From NCBI GenBank assembly GCA_965200965.1, contig OZ241744.1:2432001-2496000 (forward strand): a stretch of 64,000 nt of DNA, read 5' to 3'. The DNA is from an uncultured Candidatus Binatia bacterium (lineage in GTDB: Bacteria > Desulfobacterota > Binatia > Bin18). Made by a program: the position numbers and the translations under genes. The notes under the pieces are model-generated. The model did no database searches, was not told the DNA's origin, and was given only the letters and a program-made list of their open reading frames with translations. Positions 30,001 through 40,429 of the stretch are shown here, piece after piece; position 1 is the stretch's first letter; every line of letters begins with the position of its first letter.

Positions 30001-31095
30001 ATGCCCAACATACACCCCTCCACTATGGCTCCCCTGACGACCTGGGCGCGCCTCTTATGGGAAAACCGCGGTGTGGCCCCGCCCTACTGGGGAAAACTGG
30101 CCGGCATTCTGCTGCTCAGCAGCCTGGCCAGCCCCCTGCGTCTCGCCGAGCGGCTCCGCTACGGTCGGCACGTCACCCACACGCCAATCGCCCCCCAGCC
30201 GCTCTTCATCCTGGGATTTGCCCGCAGCGGCACGACGCATTTGCACAACCTGTTGCAGCATGATCCCCAGTACGGCACGGTCTCAACCTTTCAGGCAGCC
30301 GTGCCGACCTTCTTCCTGATCGGACGCGGCTGGCTCAAACGCCAGATGGCAAAATCCCTCCCAGCCACCAGACCCGGGGACAATGTGCGTGTGTCCCTTG
30401 ACGCGCCACTCGAAGAAGAAGTCGCACTCAGCAATACCTGTGCGCTCTCCCCTGTCCATCACCTGTCGTTTCCCCAGCAGACCCGCGCCTATCTGGACAA
30501 ATATCTCACCATGCAGGGATGCACGAACAAAGAGCTGGCCCGCTGGGAGCAGGTCTATCTGGATATCCTGCGCAAGGCGACCCTTGCCCACAACGGACGC
30601 CCCCTCGTCCTGAAGAGCCCGAACAACACCAGCCGGATTCCCCATCTCCTGCGCCTCTTCCCCGAGGCAAAATTCATCCACATCGTCCGCAACCCCTACC
30701 GCGTGTATGGCTCAATGCTGCACCTGTATCAGACCATCCTGCCTCTCTTTCAACTCCAGGACATCGCCGGCGACGACATAGTTGACTACGTCCTGCACGG
30801 ATACACGCTCACTATGCGGGCCTATCTGCACGACCGGGCCTTGATTCCCAAGAGGAATCTCGCCGAAGTCCGTTTTGAAGACCTCGAACGGCAGCCACTC
30901 GCCGAACTCGAACGCCTCTACACCGAGTTGGCCCTGCCGGGCTGGCAGCAGGCCCAAGGCCCGATACGCGAGTATCTCCACACCCTGTCCGGCTATCAGA
31001 AAAACCGCCTCTCGCTGGACCATTCCGCCATCAAGCGCATCGAGCAGGAGTGGCAATTCGTTTTGGATGTCTGGCCCTACCCACTCCCCAACTAA
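30001..31095 (+). CDS. Sulfotransferase family protein
   Basis: 5'-PSB loop PLFILGFARSGTTHLHNLL, VLKSP, FIHIVRNPY, VRFEDL. Confidence 0.9.
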   Translation: MPNIHPSTMAPLTTWARLLWENRGVAPPYWGKLAGILLLSSLASPLRLAERLRYGRHVTHTPIAPQPLFILGFARSGTTHLHNLLQHDPQYGTVSTFQAAVPTFFLIGRGWLKRQMAKSLPATRPGDNVRVSLDAPLEEEVALSNTCALSPVHHLSFPQQTRAYLDKYLTMQGCTNKELARWEQVYLDILRKATLAHNGRPLVLKSPNNTSRIPHLLRLFPEAKFIHIVRNPYRVYGSMLHLYQTILPLFQLQDIAGDDIVDYVLHGYTLTMRAYLHDRALIPKRNLAEVRFEDLERQPLAELERLYTELALPGWQQAQGPIREYLHTLSGYQKNRLSLDHSAIKRIEQEWQFVLDVWPYPLPN

Positions 31096-31119
31096 TCATT
31101 CAGCCGAGGAGTCGAGCCC

Positions 31120-33102
31120 ATGCTACGCTTTGCCGAAGAGATTCTTCTTCTGTTGTTCAACGAAGGATCCGGGGCAATCCACCCCTCCTTTCCCCCGCGC
31201 TCATTAGATATCGTTCTCGCCGGTGCCGTGCTGATGGACCTGGCTCTGGAAGGCCGCATTGATACCGATCTCGAACACCTGACCGTGCTTGATGCAAGGC
31301 CACTCGCAGACGATATCCTCGATCCCACCCTGGCCGATATCGTCAGCGATCAGCCCCACGCGCGCGACATCGGTTTCTGGCTCACCCGGACAGCCAAACG
31401 CGGCGGCGAAATCCGTGACCACGGCGTGGCACGCTTGATCGCACACGGCATTCTCGAAGGCGAGGACGACAGCCCGCTCTCCCTGTCGTCCGTGGTGGTC
31501 CGCTCCCGACGCTATCCGCTCAGCGACGGAGAAAGAGTCGAGGAAGTGCGGCTGCGGCTCATGCGCGTGCTGTTCACCGAAGAGATTCCCGACCAGCGCG
31601 ATATCGTGCTCATCTGCCTAGCGGATGCCTGCGGCATTTTCGAGGCCATCCTGTCCAAGTCGGAACGGGCCGAGGTGCAGGAGCGCATCGAGATAGTGCG
31701 GAAACTGGACCTGATCGGGCAGGCACTGACGCAGGCGGTGCAGCACCTCGAGTCGGCCCCCCGCCCAGCCCCACACCGGCGCAAGGACATACCGCAGGCC
31801 CCCGGGCTGCCGCTCATCGGCAATGCCTTCAGCCTGCGATACAACCTCCCCAGCTTTCTCGCACAGCAGTACCACGCCCTAGGGCCGGTTTTCCGCACCC
31901 GCGCCTTCAACTATCGCTTCATCGCCCTCGTCGGCCCGGAGGCCAATCGTTTCCTGGCACGGGACACGCGCCATTTTCGGAGTTATGAAACATGGGTTCC
32001 TTTCGTCGCCAGTGTGGGGGGGGCCTCACAGGTGATGGCTGGGATGGACGGTCCCGAACACATCCGTATGCGCCGGGCACATGCGGATCACTATTCGCGC
32101 AAGCTGCTGGAAAACCGCATGAACAAGGCGGTCGGCATCATGCAAGATCAGATTGCGGAATGGCCGCTGGACACCCCGGTTCCCGTTCAATACGCTTTCC
32201 AGCGTATCGTCACCACGCAATTGTGCCGCTTGATCATGAACACGGATCCGAGGGAATACCTGGACGATTTCATGTACCTCTTCCGGACGCTCCTTATGGT
32301 ACACTTGACTCAGCAACTGCCCCGGGGGGTGATGTTCCTGCCTCGTTTTCGGCGGGCCTCCAGGCGGATGGAGGAGTTGGCCCGGAACATTCTGGCCGAT
32401 CACGCACCGGAGCATCGCCATACCCGCCCCCCTGATTTCATTGACGACATCCTCGAACTCAATCGGACCGACCCCCATTTCATGCCCGAGACCAATCTGC
32501 TGCTGACCATCTTGGAATCGTTCATGGTCGGGCTCGACACCGTGTCAACGATCTGCTCCTTCATGACCTACCAGTTATTGAAGCACCCGGAGCTGCTCGC
32601 GCGCGTGACCGCGGAAGCAGACGCCCTGTTTGAGCAGGGGATCACCGCCCCGAACGATGTACGTCACCTGGATGTCCTCCACCGCGTAGCGATGGAGACG
32701 CTGCGCCTGTATCCCCTCGCACCGGCGTTGCAGCGGATCGTCGCCAACTCGTTCGAGTTTGAGGACTACCACATTGCTGCCGGCGAGCGCGTCCTGATCG
32801 GATTTACAGTGCCCCACCTGATGGCGAAATACTTTCCCGACCCGCATCGCTTCGATATTGACCGCTACACCCCAGAGCGGGCGGAGCACAAACAAGTCGG
32901 GGCCTATGCGCCCTTCGGTGCCGGGACGCATCGGTGTCTGGGCAATAGTCTGGCCGAGGTGTTGATCGCGCTCAATATCGCCACCCTCGTCCATACCACC
33001 GAACTCACCCTGGCCCCCCCCGATTACACCTTGAAGATCAAACAGATGCCCACCCCCCGCCCCACCTCCTCATTCAAGGTCCGACGGGCACCCCGCAGGT
33101 AG
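31120..33102 (+). CDS. GPP34/GOLPH3(Vps74)-like domain fused to cytochrome P450
   Basis: N-terminal MLRFAEEILLLL..LAGAVLMDLALEGRI (GPP34-like, ~205 aa); P450 part with PGLPLIG, VGLDTV, ETLR and PFGAGTHRCLG, all in one ORF. Confidence 0.85.
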   Translation: MLRFAEEILLLLFNEGSGAIHPSFPPRSLDIVLAGAVLMDLALEGRIDTDLEHLTVLDARPLADDILDPTLADIVSDQPHARDIGFWLTRTAKRGGEIRDHGVARLIAHGILEGEDDSPLSLSSVVVRSRRYPLSDGERVEEVRLRLMRVLFTEEIPDQRDIVLICLADACGIFEAILSKSERAEVQERIEIVRKLDLIGQALTQAVQHLESAPRPAPHRRKDIPQAPGLPLIGNAFSLRYNLPSFLAQQYHALGPVFRTRAFNYRFIALVGPEANRFLARDTRHFRSYETWVPFVASVGGASQVMAGMDGPEHIRMRRAHADHYSRKLLENRMNKAVGIMQDQIAEWPLDTPVPVQYAFQRIVTTQLCRLIMNTDPREYLDDFMYLFRTLLMVHLTQQLPRGVMFLPRFRRASRRMEELARNILADHAPEHRHTRPPDFIDDILELNRTDPHFMPETNLLLTILESFMVGLDTVSTICSFMTYQLLKHPELLARVTAEADALFEQGITAPNDVRHLDVLHRVAMETLRLYPLAPALQRIVANSFEFEDYHIAAGERVLIGFTVPHLMAKYFPDPHRFDIDRYTPERAEHKQVGAYAPFGAGTHRCLGNSLAEVLIALNIATLVHTTELTLAPPDYTLKIKQMPTPRPTSSFKVRRAPRR

Positions 33103-33139
33103 CGTCCAGGGCGATGCTCTGCAGCTCCAAGGATTCGCG

Positions 33140-34323
33140 ATGATTTTTCGTCAAGCAGCCTTCCTCCACAGCATATGGGCAATACTGGCCCTCATCGCTC
33201 TTTTCCCGCTCCCCCTCCAGGCAAGTGCTGCTGCCGGAAATTGTCGCGGCCCTCGCAAGTCTGAACCGCATTTCGGGAACAGCCGGGATTCGTTCTGATC
33301 TGATGCGTTTGCCCGCGTGTCTGTTCCCGACGATAGCCGGTGTCGGGCTGCAACGGGTCCTGGAGCAGGTCGAGGTTGAGATAGACAACAGTGACATCCA
33401 AGCGCTGATCGCGTCTTTGCAGATCGTCCAGGCGGCGTTTGAGTTCGCCCCGGCCTATGATCTCGATGCCGATCTACGGCTGGTGACGACGCAAACATCG
33501 CAAGCCATTCTGGATGCTGAGCCCAGGCTGCTGCGTCTTCGCTCCCGCGCCCCGCTCACGACCGCCCGGAACTTGCTTGATCACGCGCTGCAAAACGCCG
33601 GCACGGCCCTTGATTCTCTTTTGACCGAGACAGACGACCAGTCTGATGATCTCGTCGTGATTCTTCCTCAGGGCGTCTCGGATACGCGCTTAATACGGGA
33701 TACCGTGAAATCAGTCCGCCAGTCTTTGACGAGGAGCGTCAGCCTGCCAACCGAACTCCTGGCCGAGCCAGAACGGCTCAATCTCAGCTTGCTGTTCTCC
33801 GGGAGGTTCGGAACACTGCGGCCGTTTGTTCCGGTTTTCGATAGCCATGGATGCAGGACACTGAGCAGCCCGGCAACATTAGCTGGCACCCTCACACACA
33901 GACCACACTTCCCTTTTCCGTGGCGGCAAGACTCTTGGAGCGTTCCTTCCTTTGGGCCGCTTTCCTGATCCAACCTTCGGCGGGACAATTCCAGACCTGA
34001 CCCAGCCAGATATCACCAATCAGTTTCTCAAATGGGAAACCTGCTATGCGGACTGTTATGCCTTCGCTGGCACGGCCGGACAGACCCTCTTTCTCCGAGT
34101 CCAAAGTGCAACGTTCGATACGGTCCTGACCCTGAGTGGACCTGATGGCCGTGTTGTGGAGGACAACGACGACTGTTTGAGCGATTCTCCCAATTCTTGT
34201 CTCCCTGACGATACCCCAGGGGGAGGCAGGCTTATTCTCCCCAACTCAGGCTCCTACACGGTTGAAGTCAGCTCCTGCTATGCAGAAAAAGGTGGTGACT
34301 ACACACTGACCATTGGCAGGTGA
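33140..34323 (+). pseudogene. Fragmented secreted protein with a C-terminal PPC-like domain
   Basis: Signal peptide MIFRQAAFLHSIWAILALIALFPLPLQASA at 33140, middle piece 33225-~33860, and C-terminal piece from 33952 (FDTVLTLSGPDG..EDNDD..SGSYTVEVSS) lie in three different frames. Confidence 0.65.
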
Positions 34324-34347
34324 TAAAGCCGATTTGGGACAAGTGCA

Positions 34348-34974
34348 GTGTGGTGGCGTCTTTCCGTGAAGACAAGCGGGCGTGGACTTGCCTTGATCGG
34401 CATGGTCGGGGGATGCGTTGGCTTGATAGCAGCCCTTCGCACCAACAGACCAGAAGAAGTTTCTCTTCCGCTCAACTCCGGGATGGGTCTCCAAGGCTTT
34501 CACACTGCTGTGTACGATGGGGGTCGCTTGCAAATGCGGGTTTCTGCCGACTCGCTGACCCTCTCCAAAGCACGGCTATGGGGACCCTTTCGTTCAGGTT
34601 TTGCTCATGCCTTGGTTGTTCGTAATTTTACAGTAGAGATTTTTCCCGACTCTGCTGCCGCTCGCTCCGCCCGCTCACAACCGCTCGCCCTCAAGCAAAT
34701 CTGGACATCGCTCACACCCTCTGTCACTCAGCTATTGCAACCATTCTCGCTTCAAAGCGGTGGTGGCGTCATTGTGTCAGCGCGGCTGAGTCCTCTTCAG
34801 GTTATTGAGCAGAGACCGAACCGGACAACGGTGCTGCTCAAATCCGCTTCGTGCAGGACGACGCGAGGCTTGACGGGTCTGGTCTGTACAGATGGCTTCG
34901 TTCGGGTGGGCGGGCAGGAGAGGCCGTTCCAGGAATGGCGGTCGGGATCAGAGACAGGCAGAGAAGGGACATAA
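34348..34974 (+). CDS. Hypothetical protein with an N-terminal membrane anchor
   Basis: 208-aa ORF filling the gap; hydrophobic stretch near the N-terminus. Confidence 0.55.
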   Translation: MWWRLSVKTSGRGLALIGMVGGCVGLIAALRTNRPEEVSLPLNSGMGLQGFHTAVYDGGRLQMRVSADSLTLSKARLWGPFRSGFAHALVVRNFTVEIFPDSAAARSARSQPLALKQIWTSLTPSVTQLLQPFSLQSGGGVIVSARLSPLQVIEQRPNRTTVLLKSASCRTTRGLTGLVCTDGFVRVGGQERPFQEWRSGSETGREGT

Positions 34975-35006
34975 GGGCAGCGCGGGGCTGCCCTGGGGTT
35001 GGCTGT

Positions 35007-35327
35007 TTACTTGCGCATCATCCGGTCAAACATCGCTTCCACGCGGGTGGCGGCATCTTCGGCCCGCTGCGCGGCCTCTTCTGCGCGTGAAGCCGCGGCT
35101 TCGCTGCGGCCGGCCGCGGTCTCGCTACGACCGGCCGCGGCGTCGGCTTGACCGGCGGCGGTTTCCGCTCTCCCGGCGGCAGTTCCGGCCCGGCTGGCCG
35201 CTTGACTAGCGCTGTTGGCCGCTGATGTCCAGGTATCCTCCGGCTGGAGCGCTGAGCATCCGAGATTGATCGTGGTGAGCAGGGCAAAAACAGAAAGCCC
35301 AGGCAGAAGCCGTCCAAGTGATTGCAT
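35007..35327 (-). CDS. Lpp/OprI-like alanine-zipper lipoprotein
   Basis: Lipobox INLGC, heptad repeats (AAGRAET/AAGQADA/AAGRSET/AAGRSEA), C-terminus RMMRK. Confidence 0.8.
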   Translation of the reverse strand: MQSLGRLLPGLSVFALLTTINLGCSALQPEDTWTSAANSASQAASRAGTAAGRAETAAGQADAAAGRSETAAGRSEAAASRAEEAAQRAEDAATRVEAMFDRMMRK

Positions 35328-35386
35328 GATTCCCCCTTCCTCTTCCAACGGCAGATGCTGCATTATGCCATGCCATCGTTGTGAGA

Positions 35387-37024
35387 TCAATAATCGTCGT
35401 CAAGGTCGCCGTAGTCGTCGTGCTCGTGCCCCTCGTCCGGCGTCGGTTTTTCGGGCAAATCGGCAATTGAGGCCTCGGTGGTAATCATCAGGCCGGCTAC
35501 GCTTGCGGCGTTCTGTAGGGCGACCCGAACGACCTTGGTCGAATCAACCACACCCGCTTTGAACAGATTCTCGTATTGTTCGTTGGCGGCGTTAAAGCCC
35601 CTGTCACCCCTGCTGTCCCGGACTTTGTTGACCACAATCGCAGCCTCCATCCCGGCATTGGCCGCAATCTGGCGCAGCGGTTCTTCCACCGCCCGACGGA
35701 TAATGTTGACGCCCTGAGCTTGGTCGTCGTCGAAGTTCAGCTCGGCCAATTTCTCCTGGGCGCGCAGCAGGGCGACACCACCGCCGGCGACAATGCCTTC
35801 TTCGGAGGCCGCCCGGGTGGCGTGCAGGGCGTCGTCCACCCGCGCTTTGCGCTCTTTCATTTCGACCTCGGTAGCCGCGCCGACCTTGATGACGGCAACC
35901 CCGCCGGACAGTTTTGCCAGGCGCTCTTGGAGTTTTTCCCGATCGTAGTCGGAAGTGGTGTCGTCAATCTGGGAGCGGATCTGGTCCATGCGGGCGTTGA
36001 TGGCGGCTTTTTTCCCCGCACCGTCGACGATCGTTGAGTTCTCTTTGTCCATGAGAAACCGTTGACAACGCCCCAAATCCAACAGATCAACCGTCTCGAG
36101 GTTCATACCGAGTTCTTCGGAAATCACCCGCCCGCCCGTCAGAGTGGCCATGTCCTCGAGCATAGCTTTGCGCCGGTCGCCAAAGCCCGGCGCTTTGACC
36201 GCGGCACAGTTGAGCGTCCCGCGCAAACGGTTGACCACCAGGGTACTCAGCGCTTCGCCGTCAACGTCCTCGGCCACAATCACGAGCGGGTGGCCGCTCT
36301 GGGCGCTCTTTTCGAGCAGGGGCAGCAGCTCACGCATGTTGGACACTTTCTTTTCGTGGAAGAGAATATACGGGTCCTCAAGCTCGACCGTCATCCGTTC
36401 GGTGTTGGTCACAAAATAGGGTGACAGAAAGCCCCGATCAAACTGCATGCCCTCGACAACATCCAGGACCGTCTCCAGGCCCTTGCCCTCTTCAATGGTG
36501 ATGACTCCTTCCTGGCCGACCCGTTCCATGGCTTCGGCCAGGATGCGGCCCACCTCGGCCTCGCCATTGGCAGCAATCATCCCGACTTGGGCGACCTGGT
36601 CGTGGCCTCTGACCGAGCGGCTCTGCTGTGTGACGCCTTCGACGACTTTTTCCACAGCGGCATCAATCCCGCGTTTCAGCCCCATTGGATCAAATCCTGC
36701 CGCTTGGAGGCGCAGGCCCTCGAGCAAGATGGCGCGGGATAAGACTGTGGCGGTGGTGGTGCCGTCGCCGGCCAAGTCTGAGGTTTTCTGGGCCACTTCG
36801 CGCAACATTCTGGCACCCATATTCTCGAACTTGTCGTCAAGCTCGATCTCTCTCACCACCGTCACCCCGTCTTTGGTGACAACCGGAGCGCCAAAACTTT
36901 TCTCGAGCAGCACGTTGCGCCCTTTTGGGCCAAGGGTGACCTGAGCCGTATCGGCGATCAAATTGACGCCTGCCAAGATCCCGGTCCGGGCTTGTTCGTG
37001 CAAGTTCACCTGTTTTTTCGCCAT
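35387..37024 (-). CDS. groEL: Chaperonin GroEL (no adjacent groES)
   Basis: [41 protein letters not shown]. Confidence 0.97.
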   Translation of the reverse strand: MAKKQVNLHEQARTGILAGVNLIADTAQVTLGPKGRNVLLEKSFGAPVVTKDGVTVVREIELDDKFENMGARMLREVAQKTSDLAGDGTTTATVLSRAILLEGLRLQAAGFDPMGLKRGIDAAVEKVVEGVTQQSRSVRGHDQVAQVGMIAANGEAEVGRILAEAMERVGQEGVITIEEGKGLETVLDVVEGMQFDRGFLSPYFVTNTERMTVELEDPYILFHEKKVSNMRELLPLLEKSAQSGHPLVIVAEDVDGEALSTLVVNRLRGTLNCAAVKAPGFGDRRKAMLEDMATLTGGRVISEELGMNLETVDLLDLGRCQRFLMDKENSTIVDGAGKKAAINARMDQIRSQIDDTTSDYDREKLQERLAKLSGGVAVIKVGAATEVEMKERKARVDDALHATRAASEEGIVAGGGVALLRAQEKLAELNFDDDQAQGVNIIRRAVEEPLRQIAANAGMEAAIVVNKVRDSRGDRGFNAANEQYENLFKAGVVDSTKVVRVALQNAASVAGLMITTEASIADLPEKPTPDEGHEHDDYGDLDDDY

Positions 37025-37067
37025 TGCTTCTTCTCTCCTTCCAGATCTCCCATGTGTAGAATCCAGT

Positions 37068-37095
37068 AAGATAAACACTCTTTGCCGGATTGCAA
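37068..37095 (-). promoter_or_regulatory. Putative sigma70 promoter of groEL
   Basis: TTGCAA-N16-TATCTT on the minus strand. Confidence 0.4.
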
Positions 37096-37133
37096 GAGCC
37101 GGCCCTGACGAGGAGGCCGCACCTGAGCCGCGC

Positions 37134-38339
37134 TCAGCGCCCGCCTCGCCTCCAGCGCGCCTCGGGGATGTGGCTCGGACTGAGAGCGGGAATCACGGCA
37201 AGCACCCGTTGGGGATTCCGAACAATGACGCGGCCCAGGACTTGACGGTCAGCGACCGGCGCTGTCACGACCGGCGGCAACTCAAGCGCAATCTGGAGAT
37301 CGTTGATATCCCTCTTGCGGACAAAGAACGCCGAGTCTGCGCCGGCAATCGGCTGGAAGCTGGAAATGCTGCCGTCTTCAACCTGCACCTCGGTCCACAG
37401 GGGCTGGCCGGCGCGGATCAAACGCAGCCGGGTAAACTGGGCAAAGCCCCATTCCAGAAGGCTGGTCGCGGTCCGAAATCGAATCTGACTGCTGCGGCCG
37501 CCCAGGACCACGGCGATGAGCCGCAAACCGTCGCGCTTGGCGGTGGTGGCCAGGTTAAAGCGCGCCTTTGCGGTGTAGCCGGTTTTGAGGCCGTCTACAC
37601 CGGCGAGGCGACCGACTAAAAAATTGGTGTTCTTGAAGCGTTGTCTGCCGGCACGGAAAGAAATCCGTCGGCGGGAGGTCCAGTCCAGGAGCTGCGGATA
37701 GGCCAGCAAGGCCCGCGCCAGGATCGCCATGTCCGAGGCTGAGGCCCGGTCGGGGGTAGTACGTCCGGGCGGCGGGAGACCGTTTACTGTCCGAAAGCGG
37801 GTCTGGCCCATGCCCAAGGCCGCGGCCTGCGTATTCATCGCCCGGATGTGCGCCTTGACCGAGCCGCTCAGGTGTTCCGCCACGGCGATGGCCGCCCCGT
37901 TGGCCGAGGTCACCATCATGGCTTGCAGCAGTTCACCGAAGGGCAGGACCTCTCCTGTTCGAAGGTTCACGCTGCGCCCCCCGGGCCGGCTGGCCTGGCG
38001 ACTGATGGTGACGGGTGTGTGGAGGGACACTTGGCCGTCCCGGAGGGCTTCAAGGGCGAGCAGACCGACCATCATTTTGGTCAGGGAGGCGAGCGGCCAG
38101 ACCCGTTTCTCATGCCGGGCGAACAGCACTTGGCCGCTGTCTGCCTCCTGGAGTAAGACGGCCACAACATCGCGCGGCGGCGGCAGGGACGGTGTGGCAA
38201 CCGATCGCAGCGAAACAGGCAGAAGATCGGCCAGGACGGGGGAAGGGCCGAGGCTGGGCTGGAAACCTCCCAGACACAAGCCACCGCTCAGAGCCCATAT
38301 GAGAGTCCTGGATACACATGTCGTCCACATCCACACCAT
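37134..38339 (-). CDS. D-alanyl-D-alanine carboxypeptidase (peptidase S11); start uncertain
   Basis: ASLTK (SxxK), SAN, KTG motifs; C-terminal PBP5-like domain. Confidence 0.9.
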   Translation of the reverse strand: MVWMWTTCVSRTLIWALSGGLCLGGFQPSLGPSPVLADLLPVSLRSVATPSLPPPRDVVAVLLQEADSGQVLFARHEKRVWPLASLTKMMVGLLALEALRDGQVSLHTPVTISRQASRPGGRSVNLRTGEVLPFGELLQAMMVTSANGAAIAVAEHLSGSVKAHIRAMNTQAAALGMGQTRFRTVNGLPPPGRTTPDRASASDMAILARALLAYPQLLDWTSRRRISFRAGRQRFKNTNFLVGRLAGVDGLKTGYTAKARFNLATTAKRDGLRLIAVVLGGRSSQIRFRTATSLLEWGFAQFTRLRLIRAGQPLWTEVQVEDGSISSFQPIAGADSAFFVRKRDINDLQIALELPPVVTAPVADRQVLGRVIVRNPQRVLAVIPALSPSHIPEARWRRGGR

Positions 38340-38471
38340 CCCCTCCGCAGCTTTTTTCAGCGATCCACCACCCAGGACGGATGCATGTTCCATCCAGAAG
38401 GGAGGATGCTAGCACACACGGGAAAGAGGGGTCAAGACGGAAGCGCTGCAAGCACGCCGACCCCACACGCT

Positions 38472-38876
38472 TCAGCCGGGCTTGCGTTCAAGCGTGGTGT
38501 ACAGGGCCCGAAGTTCCTGACGGATGGCGCGTAAGAGTCGGCGCTGTTCAGACGAAGGTACACTGGGCGGTTCCTGGGCCGCGTGTTCAGCGGGCTGTGA
38601 GGGGGTGGCATCAGCATGAGGGGCGGGATTTTCAAGGTCTTTGAGTTGTTTTCTGGCTCCGGCAATCGTAAACCGTTCTTCGTACAGGAGGTGCTTGATT
38701 GCGAGCAGCAGCTCAACATCACGGCGGCGGTACAGACGGTGATGGGATGGGGTTTTGCCGGGTTTGATACTTGGAAACTCGGTCTCCCAGTAACGGAGGA
38801 CATACGGCTTGACACCAACAATTTTCGCTACTTCCCCAATCCGGAAATAGAGCTTGTTGTATAACTGTTGTTCCAC
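38472..38876 (-). CDS. MerR-family HTH regulator
   Basis: [28 protein letters not shown]; conserved position after ihfA. Confidence 0.92.
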   Translation of the reverse strand: MEQQLYNKLYFRIGEVAKIVGVKPYVLRYWETEFPSIKPGKTPSHHRLYRRRDVELLLAIKHLLYEERFTIAGARKQLKDLENPAPHADATPSQPAEHAAQEPPSVPSSEQRRLLRAIRQELRALYTTLERKPG

Positions 38877-38883
38877 AACACAT

Positions 38884-39168
38884 TCAGGAAGGGTTGAGCG
38901 CCTTTTTCAGCACCGGGCTCGCCTTGAATGAGAGGACCCGACGACCGGGGATCATAATCGTTTCTTCGGGCTTCTTCCCGGGAATGCGCCCTTTGCGGGG
39001 CCGTTTCTCATTGGTAGCAAAATTCCCAAAGCCCGAAATTTTGACTTTCTCACCCGCTTCAAGACGGGTCTTCATAATCTCGAAAATCGACTCAACGACC
39101 TCGGCCGCCTCTTTTTTTGAAAAGCCCACTTTTTCGTATGTCTGTTCAACAATATCTGCTTTTGTCAT
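38884..39168 (-). CDS. ihfA: Integration host factor alpha
   Basis: [26 protein letters not shown]. Confidence 0.9.
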   Translation of the reverse strand: MTKADIVEQTYEKVGFSKKEAAEVVESIFEIMKTRLEAGEKVKISGFGNFATNEKRPRKGRIPGKKPEETIMIPGRRVLSFKASPVLKKALNPS

Positions 39169-39219
39169 GCCAACCTCCCGCTCAGGCTCAGCAATGCCGC
39201 CGGGGTAGCGGAATACATC

Positions 39220-39579
39220 CTAGGCGGCCAAACGCTCTTTGGCGACCTTGACAACCGCGGCAAAGGCATCCGGGTCATGGACAGCGAGCGCGGCCAGAAT
39301 TTTTCTGTCAATGGCGACCTCAGCCTGGGTCAAGCCGTGGATCAAGCGGCTGTATGACAAGCCGTTCAGACGGGCGGCGGCATTAATGCGGATATTCCAT
39401 AAACGCCGAAAGGTCCGCTTTTTTGTCCGGCGATCACGGTAGGCGTAGACGAGGCCGCGTTCAACTGTTTCCCGTGCCTGACGGTATAAACGGCGGCGGC
39501 CCCCCACGAAGCCTTTGGCAAGTTTGAGAATCTTTTTTCGACGGCGGCGAGCCTTGAAGCCGCGTTTTACTCGGGGCAT
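39220..39579 (-). CDS. rplT: 50S ribosomal protein L20
   Basis: MPRVKRG, YAYRDRR..KR.FRRLW..RINAA. Confidence 0.97.
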   Translation of the reverse strand: MPRVKRGFKARRRRKKILKLAKGFVGGRRRLYRQARETVERGLVYAYRDRRTKKRTFRRLWNIRINAAARLNGLSYSRLIHGLTQAEVAIDRKILAALAVHDPDAFAAVVKVAKERLAA

Positions 39580-39589
39580 GTGTTCTCCT

Positions 39590-39787
39590 TTACAGAAACG
39601 GAATCAGGTATCGAACCGCGCGTTCATCGGCCGTTGAGACGAGACCCGACTGCCTCAGGTGCCGTTTCTGTTTTGTTGTCTTGCCAGACAGAATATGACG
39701 CCGGTAGGCGCGGGAGCGTCGCACCTTTCCAGACCCCGTGACCTTGAAACGTTTGGCCGCCCCACGACACGTTTTCAGCTTTGGCAT
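39590..39787 (-). CDS. rpmI: 50S ribosomal protein L35
   Basis: [19 protein letters not shown]. Confidence 0.97.
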   Translation of the reverse strand: MPKLKTCRGAAKRFKVTGSGKVRRSRAYRRHILSGKTTKQKRHLRQSGLVSTADERAVRYLIPFL

Positions 39788-39790
39788 GGC

Positions 39791-40303
39791 TTACCTCGGA
39801 ACAACGAGCATAGACATGTTACGGCCCTCTAAACGGGCCTGGTTTTCTATGGTCCCGATATCCTCAATTTTTTGAAACACCTCATCCAGCAGATCTTTAC
39901 CAATCTCGGGATGGGTAATCTCCCGGCCACGGAAGAAGATCGACACCTTGACCCGCTGCTTCTTCTCCAGGAAACGACGGATATTATTGACCTTGAAATC
40001 AATATCGTGGTCGTTTGTTCGGGAGCCGAGTTTGACCTCTTTTACCAACACCTGGGTTTGATTTTTCCGCGACTCCTGCGCTTTCTTCTTCTGCAGGTAG
40101 CGGTACTTGCCGTAGTCCATGATCCGGCAGACCGGGGGCGAAGCGGTCGGTGATATTTCGACCAGATCGAGTTCTCGATCCTCGGTCAGACGTAGGGCCT
40201 CGGCTAAGTGCATGATGCCGACCTGGGTTCCGCCTTCATCAACGACACGGACTTCGCGTGCGCGGATCTGTTGATTGATCCGAACCCCTGCTTCTCGAGC
40301 TAT
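39791..40303 (-). CDS. infC: Translation initiation factor IF-3, ATA start
   Basis: GGAGGT RBS then ATA GCT CGA...RINQQIRAREVRVV in frame with LDLVEISP..PPVCRIMDYGK. Confidence 0.93.
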   Translation of the reverse strand: MAREAGVRINQQIRAREVRVVDEGGTQVGIMHLAEALRLTEDRELDLVEISPTASPPVCRIMDYGKYRYLQKKKAQESRKNQTQVLVKEVKLGSRTNDHDIDFKVNNIRRFLEKKQRVKVSIFFRGREITHPEIGKDLLDEVFQKIEDIGTIENQARLEGRNMSMLVVPR

Positions 40304-40429
40304 GGCACACCTCCCGGCACATGGGCAGCGGCCAAGCGGTCGAGGCCGGCGGCGGGCGGTCCGACGGGGAGACCTTCTCCTGTGTGGCGTCCGGGAACTG
40401 CTGTCACACTGCTCATGCGTGTATCACCA

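Noticed and set aside
35060-35200. CRISPR-like or non-coding tandem repeat
   Set aside because: The 21-bp periodicity reflects the lipoprotein's heptad coding; there are no unique spacers and no cas genes.
37072-37098. CIRCE element upstream of groEL
   Set aside because: Only a half-site-like GAGTGTTTA is present; the partner arm at 9-bp spacing does not match TTAGCACTC.
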